DNA from: Tubulanus polymorphus
Taxonomy: Eukaryota > Animalia > Nemertea
NCBI RefSeq assembly: GCF_964204645.1
Contig: NC_134030.1
Location: 19,800,210 to 19,864,209 of the forward strand
Direction of reading: 5' to 3'
DNA: 64,000 bases
The notes beneath the pieces are model-generated. The model was not told the origin of the DNA. It saw only the letters and a list, made by a program, of their open reading frames with translations, and ran no database searches. Made by a program: the position numbers and the translations under genes. Positions 22,701-36,900 of the stretch are shown piece after piece (positions within the stretch are counted from its first letter, which is position 1; each line of letters starts with the position of its first letter).

Positions 22701-23222
22701 TATGTGTCCGGTATTTGCTGTATATGCTGGATCATTTTGGGCAACATTTCAATGCTACCGTTGTCGTCATCTTCTTATTTCGGACATAACTTTTACGGCA
22801 CAACTGGTGTTTGTTTACCTATGAATTTACTATCCATCGATGTCCACGCCTGGCAATATTCATTCGCTATTTTTGCCGTGTTTAACTCGGTCGTACTTGC
22901 TACAATAATGATGACGTATGCACAGATGTATAGACTCGTATCTGGAAGCAGGTCCGGCTCGGGTAGAGCAGATCCTACCGAATTGGTTCTGGCGCGTAGG
23001 AGTTTAGTGATAAATCTGTGTAATTTATTTTGCTGGTTACCGATAATTATCGTTCAGTTTTGCGCTGTATTGCGAGTAGAAATACCGAACCAAGTGGCGG
23101 CTTGGTTGGTGGTACTTTTCCTACCGATTAACTCGTCACTGAATCCACTTCTTTACACCATCCTCACTATTGATGTTAAATCTATTCGGGCCAGAAATAA
23201 ACGCGTTTTGAAAACTCGCTGA
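16750..23222 (+). CDS. GRL101-like LGR with CUB and C-type lectin ectodomain, copy 1: join(16750..17982,18361..19713,19992..23222), 1938 aa
   Basis: Phase-0 GT-AG introns (TTG|gtgagt..ttgtag; CAG|gtaatt..aacag) join three ORFs in frame. Splicing rebuilds the CTL motif IGLKWQ-DDGYYTWTDGKPLSYTEW. Also present: CUB SGYIVSPNYP, LDLa CD..DC.DGSDE repeats, LRRNT CPKDCKC, LRRs, hinge FCC..FSSCSDLM, and 7TM ending PINSSLNPLLY. Confidence 0.92.
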
Positions 23223-24511
23223 ACCATTCGACAGTCAAACCCTGACTATGCACTCAAATCAGAATGCTGCGAAATCTTTTCAGATGAAATATATTATATA
23301 CATAAACAAATACGTAGCAAACGTGTGGACTCGAGAACGAACTGATACTTGCTTATACGTTCCAATAAAAAAAAAACTGACGACACTTCAAGATAATATC
23401 GCAAATTAATGAAATCATCGAATGGGTTTCGAATCGTGTCCAGAAATACGACGTAGCGATAAGAATACACGCTAGGAGAGCTGAGTAATGTCATCTAATA
23501 TGAGTTGTAACACCGATTATCCTGACAGTTAATTACGCTTATTTTATATCAGGATGATTTGAAAATTATGTAAGCTGGAAATAAAAGTGCCAAATAGTGG
23601 TACATGTTCTACGTTCATGATCATTTAAACAGTTTCGAGGATTTCTTAGGAATTCTTTTTTGTGACTTTCAAATTTAGGCGGGGGTCGGGGGGGGGTTGG
23701 GGGTTCCTCTAAATCTGCCCCTGAAATGTGCCGCATTCTTAGGCAGTTTTTACTCCAAGTCTTCAAATCAGGAGGAATGCATGTATCACAGAGGGCTGCA
23801 TTACGTCACTGCAGAAAATGCGTCTCGTGGAGAGAATGGTGGAAGGCGGGGACTTAACAAAACTGTTTAGATGATATATAAGATGACGCGTTTTTCTGCT
23901 TTCGTGAATATGTATTGTTAAAGGTTTTGAATACATATGGATTTAAAAACTTCTCGCTGCATTTCCCTTTAAGAGGACACCAAGAAGAGTCAATCAATCA
24001 CCAAAGCTGTGCAATTATTTGGTTTTATTTCAATTTGTATTTGAAGAATATATAGTATCGCGCGCAATATTTTTCATTCATTCGTCGACTGTTCTGGCTC
24101 GAGAAAACGAGATATTGTCATTTCGAAAGTATAATACGTTGGAATAGCGACTAAGGTAAGCGTAGTGATAAAATATTCTAATTTAACGATAAAAAATGAT
24201 ACCTTGTTTCTTAAAAGCTTAAAAGTTGACCCGGCCGACCGCCGCCTATCTACCCTATACATTATTCTAAAAAAGAAACTATTATCAGCCAATCGACGAC
24301 AAGACGCGGCGGCTATTGAAACGAATGGATTACAAATTTAATTGAAATTTACAAAATAATCCGGGCGCTGCGGAGAAACAAGGTGTCATTTTTAGCCTAA
24401 AAATAATATACCCCGATACGTACAGCAACAATTTCAGTAACCGGAATCTAAAATATATTTTTGAAAATGCCAAATTGCAAATATATTTTATTCAAATTCT
24501 AGGCGAAGAAA

Positions 24512-25187
24512 ATGCTTGCTTACACAATGACTCGCATATGTGCTTTTGCTGCGATTGTGGCCAGTGCCGTGGCGTTTGGTGAGTTAAGACTGGGAAAATA
24601 ATACTCAGCTTCATAGGATTTCATAAATGATATAATTCAATTCGCAGCAATTATCAGTAAACATTTAGTATGCGTTTATCGACGGAACGAATTGATTTGA
24701 CAGATATATTTCACAAAATAACACATATACATTATGACAAAAACCCTGTTAATTGACGTGCAACATATTGTTATTATACACATGGATTTTTTTAACACCC
24801 TGGCCCGCTAAGCGCCACGCTAGAAGCGGGTTCGATGTTTCTTTTTCCCAATACCCACATCAGAGAAGAACCTCCGACCAAGAAACTCTGCCGCCTCCAG
24901 GGTTTGAACCCATGAACCCTGGATTGATGAGAGCAGTGTCAGGCGGCTTATACCAATCGGCCACTGCGCCTCTCATCTGTTATCCTCATCGGGATCATCA
25001 TTATAGTCCTACATCTGGGGCGGGAGTTCCATTATTTCTTCAATTTAGGTAAAAACGTCTTTCACATCAAAATTCAATTTTTAATTTCATGCTTTTCGAA
25101 AATATAGATTCCCATCCAAACGGCAGGACGTGTGACGATGACCTTAAGTGTTGCAACAACACCTGTAGAGCTAGTTTTTGTTCCTGA
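24512..25187 (+). CDS. Knottin-like peptide copy 2: join(24512..24578,25108..25187), MLAYTMTRICAFAAIVASAVAF-DSHPNGRTCDDDLKCCNNTCRASFCS; Cys1->Ser, possibly non-functional
   Basis: Same splice sites as copy 1. A 3-nt in-frame deletion in the signal exon keeps phase 1. TGC->TCC leaves 5 Cys in the mature peptide. Confidence 0.7.
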
Positions 25188-26982
25188 TCGTTGAGTACAA
25201 AGGTTTATAACGGGATATACTCGTAATGGTTTGGGAAATATATCCGATTATGAAACTGAACGACAGTCAGTTTTACTGACTAGGCCGTGTACAAAAAAGC
25301 TCGCACTGAATTTATATTTGTTACCGATTCTTCATATCTTGTACTAAATTTGATTCAATAAAACTGCGAGTAAATAAATCAATTGTCGGGTTGTTGACTG
25401 TTTATGATTCATCGGTCAGAGTTTTCAAAAGTGATCAGAAGTGCCATTCCATCGGCGGTGAAGAACATTCATCGTCAATTAAAAAAGACTACTCGTAAGC
25501 AAAAGTCCAAAATCTCCCTAATCAATTATTTCAGTCCCAGGGTTTAAATGTTTCATATGCATCCATCCATTAAGATATTTAGAGTTTTCTGTCCTAGTTC
25601 CCGATCGGCGATTTTCTTGTGACGTCACTCAACCTCGTATGAAACTGAGGAAAACAATATAAATTCAGTTTTAATATGCTTTAAGTGAAATCAATTTTCG
25701 TAGTTCATTGATGCTTCGATTTTTTGTTTATAAAATAGTAAGTATCATCTGCAAACATCGTGCAATCTAAGATGTCTATAGATTATATCAGCAATAGGTG
25801 CCGAATATAAAAAGTAAATAAAACTGGCCCCAGAACTGAACCTTGGGGGCTTCCACATCGAAAATCAGCAATACTAACTTTACCGTTTGTAACAACTTTG
25901 TGTGTACATTCCTGAAGGTGCCTAAGATTTGAAATAATTCTGTTTTGAAGCTGATTAGCGGCCATGCGTTCGGGCATCTTTGTGGCTACAGGTAAGTAAG
26001 ACAATGATCTATAATTATTCAATTAATACAGATTTAGAATTTGTGGTTTTTATCAATTGCTCAACCGAGCATGATTTTAATCTAACTGTTCGTAGGTACA
26101 ACACCGGTTTCCAAAGAGAGCAATTTATAATTCGAGTAACGATTGGAACAGTAACACACTGTTTTAGAATTGGCGCGGGCAACTAAAGCATCTCCCTTAT
26201 ACTTCGCAAATCCACGACCCGCATCAAAATTGCTCGGAGCACCACGGCAAAACTGATCATTAACGCGACTAATGGTCAGTAGCGTATGTTCCAAACGAGC
26301 GATGGAAATTCACTTATTTCAAACTGGTCATTTATGTGTAAAATACAAGCACTTGAGAGACACACGGATACGCGACATGGACTTAATAGCGTAACCTGCA
26401 TTTTCAAGTGTATTAATGGCTTATGCGAGCTTTCAACTTAAACTTCGTGTTGGGCGGTGATTTATTGATAGGCCGTCTAGAAGGCTGAGATTGAACCGCA
26501 TATTTTTTTTTGAAAAAAAACTTTCTTTCAAAATCAATTCCGAAAGATCTAGCGGTTTGAAATTAAACAAATTCGTACGGATATAGTTAATGAAATTTTG
26601 AATTGATGCAAAGGTAGAAAAGTATTGAATAATAATTTCTAGGCTCATCGTGAATATTCGACGATTCTATAACTAAAATTACGTTCGGGTTGAATGTGTT
26701 CTGATGAAATATGTAATGTCTAATGTCTAAATTCGTGTGTGAACAAATTGGAAAAATCGAATTTGGAATTAATTGGCCTTAAGAATTTTGGTAGGCAACG
26801 TGGAATCTAGAAATTATTGCTAATTGATAAACAGATCTGTAAGCTAAAAATCCAAACATTTCAAATCTAGAATCAGTTTTCAAACTAATTGCGGCAGTAA
26901 CCAAAAATCAACTTAAAAGAAATCACAGCGAATTCTCTGATTGGACGAACTGTAATTTGTACTCGGTTGTTATTCGACGAAT

Positions 26983-29900
26983 ATGGTTTTGGTTCATTTT
27001 GTCGTGTTGATGCTGTTCGGTATGGATCGACTGAGTGCGCTGTTTATAGCGTCGCTGATCGTCTGGCGAGTTAACATCGCACACGCTGATCTGTCTGACT
27101 CTGTGACGGTCAGTTCCTCTTGTAACAACACTTGGTACCCCGTCGATTCTACGTCCGGTTACATCGTTTCACCGAATTACCCGTCGTTAACGCGCGGTGT
27201 TGAATGTCGTTGGTTCGTCAACAGCTCTTTACCGGGAACTTTCATCATCAAACTATACTACGACATCGAGCCGTCGATATTCTGTAGTGATAACTACCTT
27301 CTCGTCGGTGAGTCCGATAACAAATTCTGCGGTGAAGGAAAACATGAAATCCGCCGTAACGATTCGATGTCGTTGATGTTTAGAAGTAACGTCGATGGTG
27401 CGCGGGGTAGTCGGGTTTATATCATATATCGTTTAGAACGGAACAATTTGAAATTAATTCACACCTGCGCAAAATACCATTTAAAAATCAACAAATTAAC
27501 AACATCGATAGGATACAAGTTTGCTATGTTTCTAAAGCGATGTAAATTGCATTTAGAATGGATCGGGATCCCGGATGGTTTTGCTATGAATTTCACGTTT
27601 TCGCAGATAAAATTCGAATTATATCCCGGCACTGATCCAGCGACAACTGTTCAAATTCATGACGGATGGAACAGCAGTGAACTTATTGCTGTAATACCAG
27701 AACAAAGTGGGCATCCACCTTCATCCTTTTATAGTAAGACAAACAAAGCTATGATCAGTTTCCTACTTGGGCGAAACGAACTTACATCACAACTATCAGT
27801 TCAGGTGTATAGAATATCTGATTGGAACGTCTCTAATCCGTTAATTCAAATCCCTAATAACGAGTCTGGAGTGCTCATCCCTGATGACAACAGTTTACAC
27901 GTAATAACTCGATCAAAAAACTTACACTGCTGGTCTATCACAGTGCAGGTGTTACATTACGTCGTCTTCAACTGGACACGTGATCTCAGCACATCCGGTG
28001 ACGTCATTGGTGTATATAAACTAGAAGGGTTACGCGTTGTAGGAACTGATATTTTACTCGATTACAACTATCTGGAATCACTGAGTGTTAAATCGGACGG
28101 CTTTCTCGTCATACTGTGCGTTTTAATAAGACCAGGTGTTTTACCGTCGAATGTGAAAATTGGATTTGAAGTGAAATCTATTTCCATAAATGACGTACGA
28201 GTGGATAAACGCTTGGTGAGTATTGTGCATTTTAATTTTAAGTTTAGGATTTTATTGCGTGTGGATCTCTGTTATTAGGTTTCATGCGTTGAGTTTTTGT
28301 TAGCGTTCTGGGAATAAATTTAACGTCTTCGAAGCCAACACGAGAAGTTAGGCGCACTTGATCTTGGAGATTCAGATACTATGACATGAGTAAAATGACT
28401 AATGGGATGAATCAGGTGTTTAATCGGGAGGTAATTTTCGACTAAAATATTTTAGTTGGAAATAACGATTTATCACCGGTGAAAGAAATTTAATTTAAGC
28501 AAATCTAAATTACGAGTTGCTGCTTCACGTGATGAAATCGACACAGATTTGAAAATGTTGATATGTAGTTATTACTTTAAAAACAAATGCTGATTTGTTA
28601 TATTTTGTAGATAGATGATAAAAGATACGGTTTGTCTGCTCAAAATCTGTTGCCAAGATACACAAACACAAGATTAACGTATCGTATAAATACATTAGAA
28701 TCTAAACGGAAAGTTGATATCTATGAGAATAGATTGAGACTAACAGTTTTATCAGAGACGTGCGAGAGAGCTGGATTTTATATATATGACGGTGGTAATT
28801 TTACAGCTAGACGCTATGGTCCGTATTGTCCTGGTTATAAATACGGTCGTCACGTCGCCAGTCTGATTACATCAGGAGGACCGGTTACTGTAGTAGCATA
28901 CGCTTATAACTGGGATAAAAACTTAATAGTTTATCCAGTGTCGGATCTATTTTTCGCCCCTACTGATTGTGACGGGTTTGTTCTGCAGGAAGGTGAAAAT
29001 CAGATCAATATGACGTCACACTGTCTCGTGATTACACCTGAAAACCGACGCCTTCCTTTAGAAAATATTTATATATTATCAGAACACGAATATCAAATTT
29101 ACACTTGTTCCCGTGGTTTAAATTCGTGTCCTGTTGTTACTCTCACAACTCAATTACTGAATAACAGTCTCTTATTGAATCATCTGATGATAAAAGGAAG
29201 TAGTTATAGGTTCTGGAGTAATTCAATGATGATTGTACTACGACGTAAATGTTTGGTGTTGATGATCTATCAAGATTCCCCGGTACTTTCTGCTAATCAA
29301 TTTGCATACATCACGCCGATGCGAGAAAAATGTGGAGTCGCACAATCACCGGAATACCCTGGATATTTTTTTCATCGCGGCAAATCTTTGTACTACTCAT
29401 TTCATTACGACAAACATTTGAATTACATCAGATTCCTTTTCAAATTCATGGGGCAAGCCTCGTGCAGCCCTTCTAGTAGTAAAACTGTTCGAGATCTGTT
29501 ATTACTGGTACAGACTATCTTGAAACCCGGTAATCAGGTAAACAATATGAGGCTGCGTCGGCACGAGACTAAAATATGTGAAAATAACGCAGTACCTGGA
29601 CTTTTATTATACAGTCTACTCGGGTATGACCTTTACTTTGAAGCGAAAAACTATATACCTTTATTTCAAATTCAATACACTTTAGAACAATCGCCTTCAC
29701 AAACACATCGAAATAATGACTGCGGATCAGATTTTCTAGATTCAGGTGTTTCGTGTATCAGATACATCAAACATGAACGTCTGAATTGGGAGAACGCTGA
29801 CATTTACTGTCAACAGAAATACGGAGGACATCTTCTCAGTATCAACATTGAACAGGAAATGATTGCTGTAAAAAAACTGTTCGCTACGAAACTTCTTCAG

Positions 29901-32900
29901 GAGGCGTATTCACAGGCGGCGCTGATTGTGATGATTGGATTGAAATGGCAGGTAATTTCAAAGTATCGTTATGAACATGTTTACCAACATTCATTTAGTA
30001 TTGAACAAGATTTTGAATTTGTTATGAATTTATTCATTCTCTACTAAAGGTCTAGAATCTTTCATATTAATTGAAACAGATTTCTATAAGTCAACGTGTA
30101 AAATGTAACATAAGCTTAATTTGATAAACTCAATTCAGACGCTTGATGTAAGTTAGATATCCAAAAGCTAATCGTCATGAACACGTCTAAAACCATTTCG
30201 ATCAATGAAACTGAATTTATTTTGAGCAGGATGATGGTTATTACACCTGGACTGATGGGAAACCATTGAGCTACACAGAATGGTTTAAACCTGCTATGAT
30301 AAACGAAACGATACCAGAAGTTATTCAAGGATTGATATCTCCTCTACGAAAACAACCGATAAATGACGTAGATATGCCGTGTACGGCGATGATACTGAAT
30401 AATCCACGAGGATCGGCGAACTGGGTTCGATTCCCGTGTCAAATCGAGGAGACTCGAACAACTTTCATTTGTGAAAAAGACAAAGATAACTCCTTATCTA
30501 CTAACAATCACAAATTACCTGTTGCAGAAGAAAACTCTACTTATTATTCGGGGATATTGGAATCAGTTAACTCCACGTGTTTTAAAGGATGGATTGGTTT
30601 AAAAGGACATTGCTATCAGATACTTACAGCCTGGGATACTCACAGATTGTCAATTCGGAAAGCTGAGCAAATGTGTCTTAAAATCGGTGGTGAAATAGGT
30701 ATAGTATCCAATGATGTTATAATTCATCATTTGATTCAAATATTTCATTATGAACATCAATATGGTGCTATACTGGCGAAGGCTACGGATAGTGAATTTC
30801 TTGCTCTGAATCCAGTTTTCACCAGAGATGAAATAACATATAAAAAAACGGTGAAATGGTCAGTGACTGCCTTTGATAATGTCACAGATGTAGCGCATTC
30901 AGTGCTTTGTTCCTATAATGTAACTGATGAAGAGTTGACTTCTATAAAAAGGTGTAAATCGTGGCAATTTGAATGTAACGATCAAAGATGTATCAGCGAC
31001 CATCGCGTATGTGATACCAGAAACGACTGTCCACACGGTGAAGATGAAGTGGATTGTTCGGATTCAAACTTGCGCAGTCAGTTCCACTGTACCGATGGAA
31101 GAGTTATATCAGTGAGTAATTTGTGTGATTTTGTACGAGATTGCGCTGACGGATCTGATGAGAACTCGTGCTATCATACTTCATGTTCCTCTGAACAGTT
31201 TAAGTGTAGCAATGGACAATGTGTGGGTTTATATAGTCGATGTGATGGACTGGTTGATTGTAAAGATAAGTCTGATGAGATCGGCTGCTCTTCCGATGAA
31301 TGTAACGGGTTTCTGTGTGTAAATGGTGAATGTATCAGTTCTCTGTTGTATCGGGATGGTGTTGTAGATTGTGCTGGTAGCCTCGAAGAAGATGAGATTG
31401 TCACCAACATAACAGTTACACCAAAGATTCACTGTACTACAGAAAACTACTGTACGACTAACTTCACAAACTTATGTAAGAAATCCGATGAACAAAGATG
31501 TTCTTTCGATTCTCCTCACTGTTATTCTAGACGTCACAGATGTATTTTAGAAAGGATGCCGATTGGTTACCCGGTATGTAGAAGGCTCGAACATATACAA
31601 AGTTGTACTGATTTCAAATGTCCAGCTGGTGCTGCAAAATGTCCAGCATCTTACTGTATACCGATGGGACAGGTGTGCGATGGTCGATCCGATTGTCCTA
31701 ACTCAGAAGATGAGCGAAACTGCAAGACTTTGTCATGTCCTGGCATGTTTAAGTGTGGCCAGGAAAACCGATGCATACCTCAATCTGAAGTTTGTGATGG
31801 TGTCGTCAATTGTAAACATACCACTGATGACGAAGCTTTCTGTGACGTCATATGTCCAAAGGAATGTAAATGTCAAGGTCATTTGATTGATTGCGATCAT
31901 GCTGGTTTCGTAGAAATTACTGATCTTTTCTCGGCATCAACTCGAGTTTTGATTTTATCAAGAAACCAAGTCGTATTCAATGAGTCTACATTTTCTTCGT
32001 ACCTCTATTTACATTTCCTTAATATTTCACGTAACAATTTGTCTTATATTGTTCCAAACGCGTTCTCAAACCTGCATAATCTACATACATTAGATCTGAC
32101 CTATAACCGCATAATATCATTTTCCGAGAATACATTCGCCGGTTTGTATAGTTTGAAAATGCTTTTGATTTTTGGAAATCCAGTAAGACATTTAGAAGAT
32201 GGTAGTTTTCAAGGTTTAAAATCACTAACTGATCTCGATCTTCGCGGTTTTTCCTTGTCGTTACTCGGTGGAAATGTGTTCAGTGGTTTATCCGCTTTAG
32301 AGTCGTTAAATATCAGCAGTAACGTGATCAGTTATATTTCACCGAACGCATTTGCCAAATTGACAAAACTCAGAAATCTGGATCTCACCAAAAATTCGAA
32401 ATTCATATCCGTAGAAAAAACCGTTTTTGACAGTCTTACATTATTGAGTTCGTTGGCTTCTGACGCGTACAAATTTTGTTGCATGGTTCCGAATGTTGAC
32501 CAGTGTCTCCCGGAAGCCGACCAATTTTCATCTTGTTCCGACCTGATGGGTAACACTGTTCTTAGAGCAATCATTTGGGCGATCGCTTCATTCAGCTTTT
32601 TTGCCAACATAATCGTAATTTTACTTCGCGTTCAAGCGTTACGCATTTCATCCTCTGAATCACGTAACACATCCTCTGATATCCTAATCATTAATATTGC
32701 CACCTGCGATTTTCTCATGTCAATTTATCTTTTTCTGATCGCTGGAGCCGATTACGTCTATAAAAGTGTTTATTTCCTCAATTCTGAAATGTGGACAGAT
32801 AGTTCACTGTGTCGACTCGCTGGGATTTTAGTAACTCTTTCGTGCGAAGGGTCTTTGCTTTTTCTCCTGATTCTAACCCGTCAAAGATACTCGAATATCG

Positions 32901-33460
32901 TCGATCCATTTTCTGGAAGCCCAATTATATCATCGACATATGTGTCCGGTATTTGCTGTATATGCTGGATCATTTTGGGCAACATTTCAATGTTACCGTT
33001 GTCGTCATCTTCTTATTTCGGACATAACTTTTACGGCACAACTGGTGTTTGTTTACCTATGAATTTACTATCCATCAATGTCCCCGCCTGGCAATACTCA
33101 TTCGCTATTTTTGCCGTGTTTAACTCGGTCGTACTTGCTACAATAATGATGACGTATGCACAGATGTATAGACTCGTATCTGGAAGCAGGTCCGGCTCGG
33201 GTAGAGCTGATCCTACCGAATTGGTTCTGGCGCGTAGGAGTTTAGTGATAAATCTGTGTAATTTATTTTGCTGGTTACCGATAATAATCGTTCAGTTTTG
33301 CGCTGTATTCCGAGTAGAAATACCGAACCAAGTGGCGGCTTGGTTGGCGGTACTTTTCCTACCGATCAACTCGTCACTGAATCCACTTCTTTACACCATC
33401 CTCACTATTGATATTAAATCTATTCGGGCCAGAAATAGACGCGTTTTGAAAACTCGCTGA
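26983..33460 (+). CDS. GRL101-like CUB/CTL/LDLa/LRR GPCR, copy 2: join(26983..28215,28611..29951,30230..33460), 1934 aa
   Basis: Same exon phases and splice sites as copy 1; all exons are open. Confidence 0.92.
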
Positions 33461-34126
33461 ACCATTCGACAGTCAAACCCTGACTATGCACTCTAATCAG
33501 AATGCTGCGAAATCTTTTCAGATGAAATATATTTAATTACATAAACACATACGTAGCAAACGTGTGGACTCGAGAACGAACTGATACTTGCTTATACGTT
33601 CCAATAAAAAAAAAAACTGACGACACTTCAAGATAATATCGCAAAGTAATGAAATCATCGAATGGGTTTCGAATCGTGTCCAGAAATACGACGTAGCGAT
33701 AAGAATACACGCTAGGAGAGCTGAGTAATGTCATTTAATATGAGTTGTAACACCGATTATCCTGACAGTTAATTACGCTTATTTTATATCAGGATGATTT
33801 AAAAATTATGTAAGCTGGAAATAAAAGTGTCAAATAGTGGTACATGTTCTACGTTCATCGATTTAAAACCGTATTTGAGCGCTTATCAATGTTTAATCGA
33901 AGGATAAAGCTTGCGTTGCTTTCGTCCATTCAAAGTCCTACGCCCGGAGGAGGTGGGATCACTTCAAATGCGTGTCGAACCATATGGACATTATCGGCGC
34001 TGTTAAAGGTGATCTACGTCTTTTGAATTCAGTCGTGTTCAGTATGTTCTTGCCAGTTTCTCCTTTATTAATCTTTTATAGCCTCGGCCTTCAACATCCC
34101 CTAACAAAGGATAAGTATCGTCTAAT

Positions 34127-34406
34127 GCACTGAGTTAGGTGTACTCGGGCCCACAACGGGAACGACAATTGAATCAATCGGTCAACACTGATCAGAATGA
34201 TTACCGAGTTCCGATGCATCTTCGCCGTGTGCTGAAGTCCGTCACAGTACACAGTAAACACCGCCGACACTCCGTAAAAATAGTTCAAATATTGGAATTT
34301 TTTGCAAACCGTACGTCCACAACGATACGTATTCCTTCAATGAGGTGAAGCAAAATATCGCAACCAGGTATTTTAGGATCGCAAATATTCTGAGCAGGTG
34401 GTACGT
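34127..34406 (-). pseudogene. Fragment (TM2-TM3/ICL2) of the 2441 GPCR carried in the tandem unit
   Basis: NYFYGVSAVFTVYCDGLQHTAKMHRNSVIILISVDRLIQLSFPLWARVHLTQ matches the parent gene; truncated at both ends. Confidence 0.85.
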
Positions 34407-36900
34407 ACAAATTTGTAAATTCGAGAAAAAACAATTGTAAGAAATAACCGTGAAAATTAGCGTTCGAACCCCTAAGCCATCGGTTGCCTGAAGACTAGTG
34501 ACCGGCGGCTTAAAACCACTCGGCCAATGCGCCTGTTACATGAGTTCAAAGAAGGTTTGGCTAGTGTATTGTGCTTGGATCAAAATTTCCACCAGTTGTG
34601 ATCTAGATGCTTAGTATACGTTAGTATACTGAACGGCATGATCGATGACCAACAATATTCACCATTGAATATACGATTTACTCACCTGTTGCACTGAAGG
34701 TTTGGGTTACTGATATTTCTGATCGATGAACCATGCTCACGAATCGGTGTGCAAATACATTTTCTAAAAGGAGTTTAATACAAATATACAGTTTGACAGG
34801 TTGTAGTGCAGTTCGGTCGTCAAAACAACTGACGAAAATTGTAATGAATACATGTAGTTAATCTATCATGTGAAACTGAATTAACTCACAAACATCAGTT
34901 TAAGTACCGTACTGCTATTTCCAAAATTTCGATGTATTAAATTAGGCAGCCAAGAAAATTCACCCCCAATCAGTCGCTTGCCGGTTAAGACTGAATGGAA
35001 GATTGTTTGAATGAACCGGAACCGAATTTCCCAATTATGTACTTTGAGCAAAAAACTTTTGTAAACTCGACCGCCGATCACACAACTATATCTGTACTTC
35101 GATTGTCGATTGTAAAACCAAACCCCCTGTTTCGCTCCCGGCAGGTGTGGTGGGTTTGTAAGGGACACTCAATCAAAAAATCAAACGAAATTTACCAACC
35201 AAATAAATAACAGGGACAATCCCTATTTTAGGAAAAAAAACACAAATGAAGAAGAGCCACAATTCAAAGTATACACGATAAAATCTATCAAATTGAACCC
35301 ACTACGTTCGCTAACAGCCACTATCACGTGGAAAGCGGCAAAATTTCGGCAATATTTAAACTTCAAATATAAACTTCAAGTATATTCATCATTTTGCATG
35401 AGAAAATACCACTTCTGTTCTTTTTTATATTCACCTTTAATGTCACTTTTAAACAGTTTCGAGGAAAAAATAATTCCTAAGAAATTCTTTTTTGGGACTT
35501 TCAAATTTAGGAGGGGGTGGGGCGGGTGGGGGACGGGGCTCCTCTAACTCCGCCCCTGAATTGTGCCGCATTCTTAGGCAGTTTTTACTCCAAGTCTTCA
35601 AATAACGAGGAATACACGTATTACAGAGGGCCGCATTACGTCACTGCAGAAAATGCGTCTCGTGGAGAAAATGGTGGAAGGCGGGGACTTAACAAAACTG
35701 TTTAGATGATATAAAAGATGATGTGTTTGTCTGCTGTCGTGAATATGTATTGTTAAAGGTTTTGAATACACATGGATTTAAAAACTTCTCGCTGCATTTC
35801 CCTGTAAGAGGACACCATGAAGAGTCAATCAATCACCAAAGCTGTGCAATTATTTGGTTTTATTTCAATTTGTATTTGAATAATATATAATATCGCGCGC
35901 AGTATTTTCTATTCATTCGTCGACTGTTCTGGCTCGAGAAAACGAGATATTGTCATTTAAAATAAAATACGTTGGAAGAGCGACTAAGGTAAGCGTAGTG
36001 ATAAAATATTCTAATTTAACGATAAAAATGATACCTTGTTCCTCAAAAGCTTAAAAGTTGACCCGGCCGGCCGCCGCCTATCTACCCTATACATTATTCT
36101 AAAAAAAGAAACTATTATCAGCCATTCGACAACAAGACGCGGCGGCTATTGAAACGAATGGATTACAGATTTTATTGAAATTTACAAAATGACCCGGGCG
36201 CTGCGGAGAAACAAGGTGTCATTTTTAGCCTAAAATAATATACTCCGATAAGTACAGCAGCAATTTCAGTAGCCAGAATCTAAAATACGACACATGACTA
36301 AACACTTTTTTCTGCTGAAAATCATGCATCGATTAATTGATCAATGACGTGTCATATAGTGTTCTATCAATCGTGTTCATAACCAAAATTTTCTATAATA
36401 AATGATTTTCTATAATTGAGGTTAGTAACTAATTTCAAACGAATATCTTTTGACTAGATCATTTGGGCTGAGGAACCAAACTTGGAAGTGACTCTGAAGA
36501 CAAAAAATGAATTATCGATGATTATCTATATTAGATATTTAAAGCTTATCACTCACGGAAAGAAACGACAAAGACTTGTTCCTGCGATGCCCAAACACTA
36601 GCAATGCGGCCGCCCTGCACTCACTTCATAGCACGGCATTCAAACCAGCGATTCAAACCCGTTACACTGCTCTGCACTAAATCAAAAATACATCAAGTAT
36701 TCTTTATGAATTTTTGACTATATCTATTATCAGTTCCTTTTTTCTGTGTAGCTGCGTTATTTCAAACCTGGCTCATTCTCTGACGAAAAGGTTTTCTCAT
36801 TGAGAGCCTATTTGAAAACTGTCGCAATATCAATTTTCTTTTCGAATTTTTGAAAATGCCAAATCGCAAATATATTTTATTCAAATTCTAGGCGAAGAAA

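Noticed and set aside
20710-22789. Short alternative-frame and antisense ORFs repeated in every receptor copy
   Set aside because: They are shadows of the Cys-rich coding sequence; their recurrence simply reflects the recent duplication.
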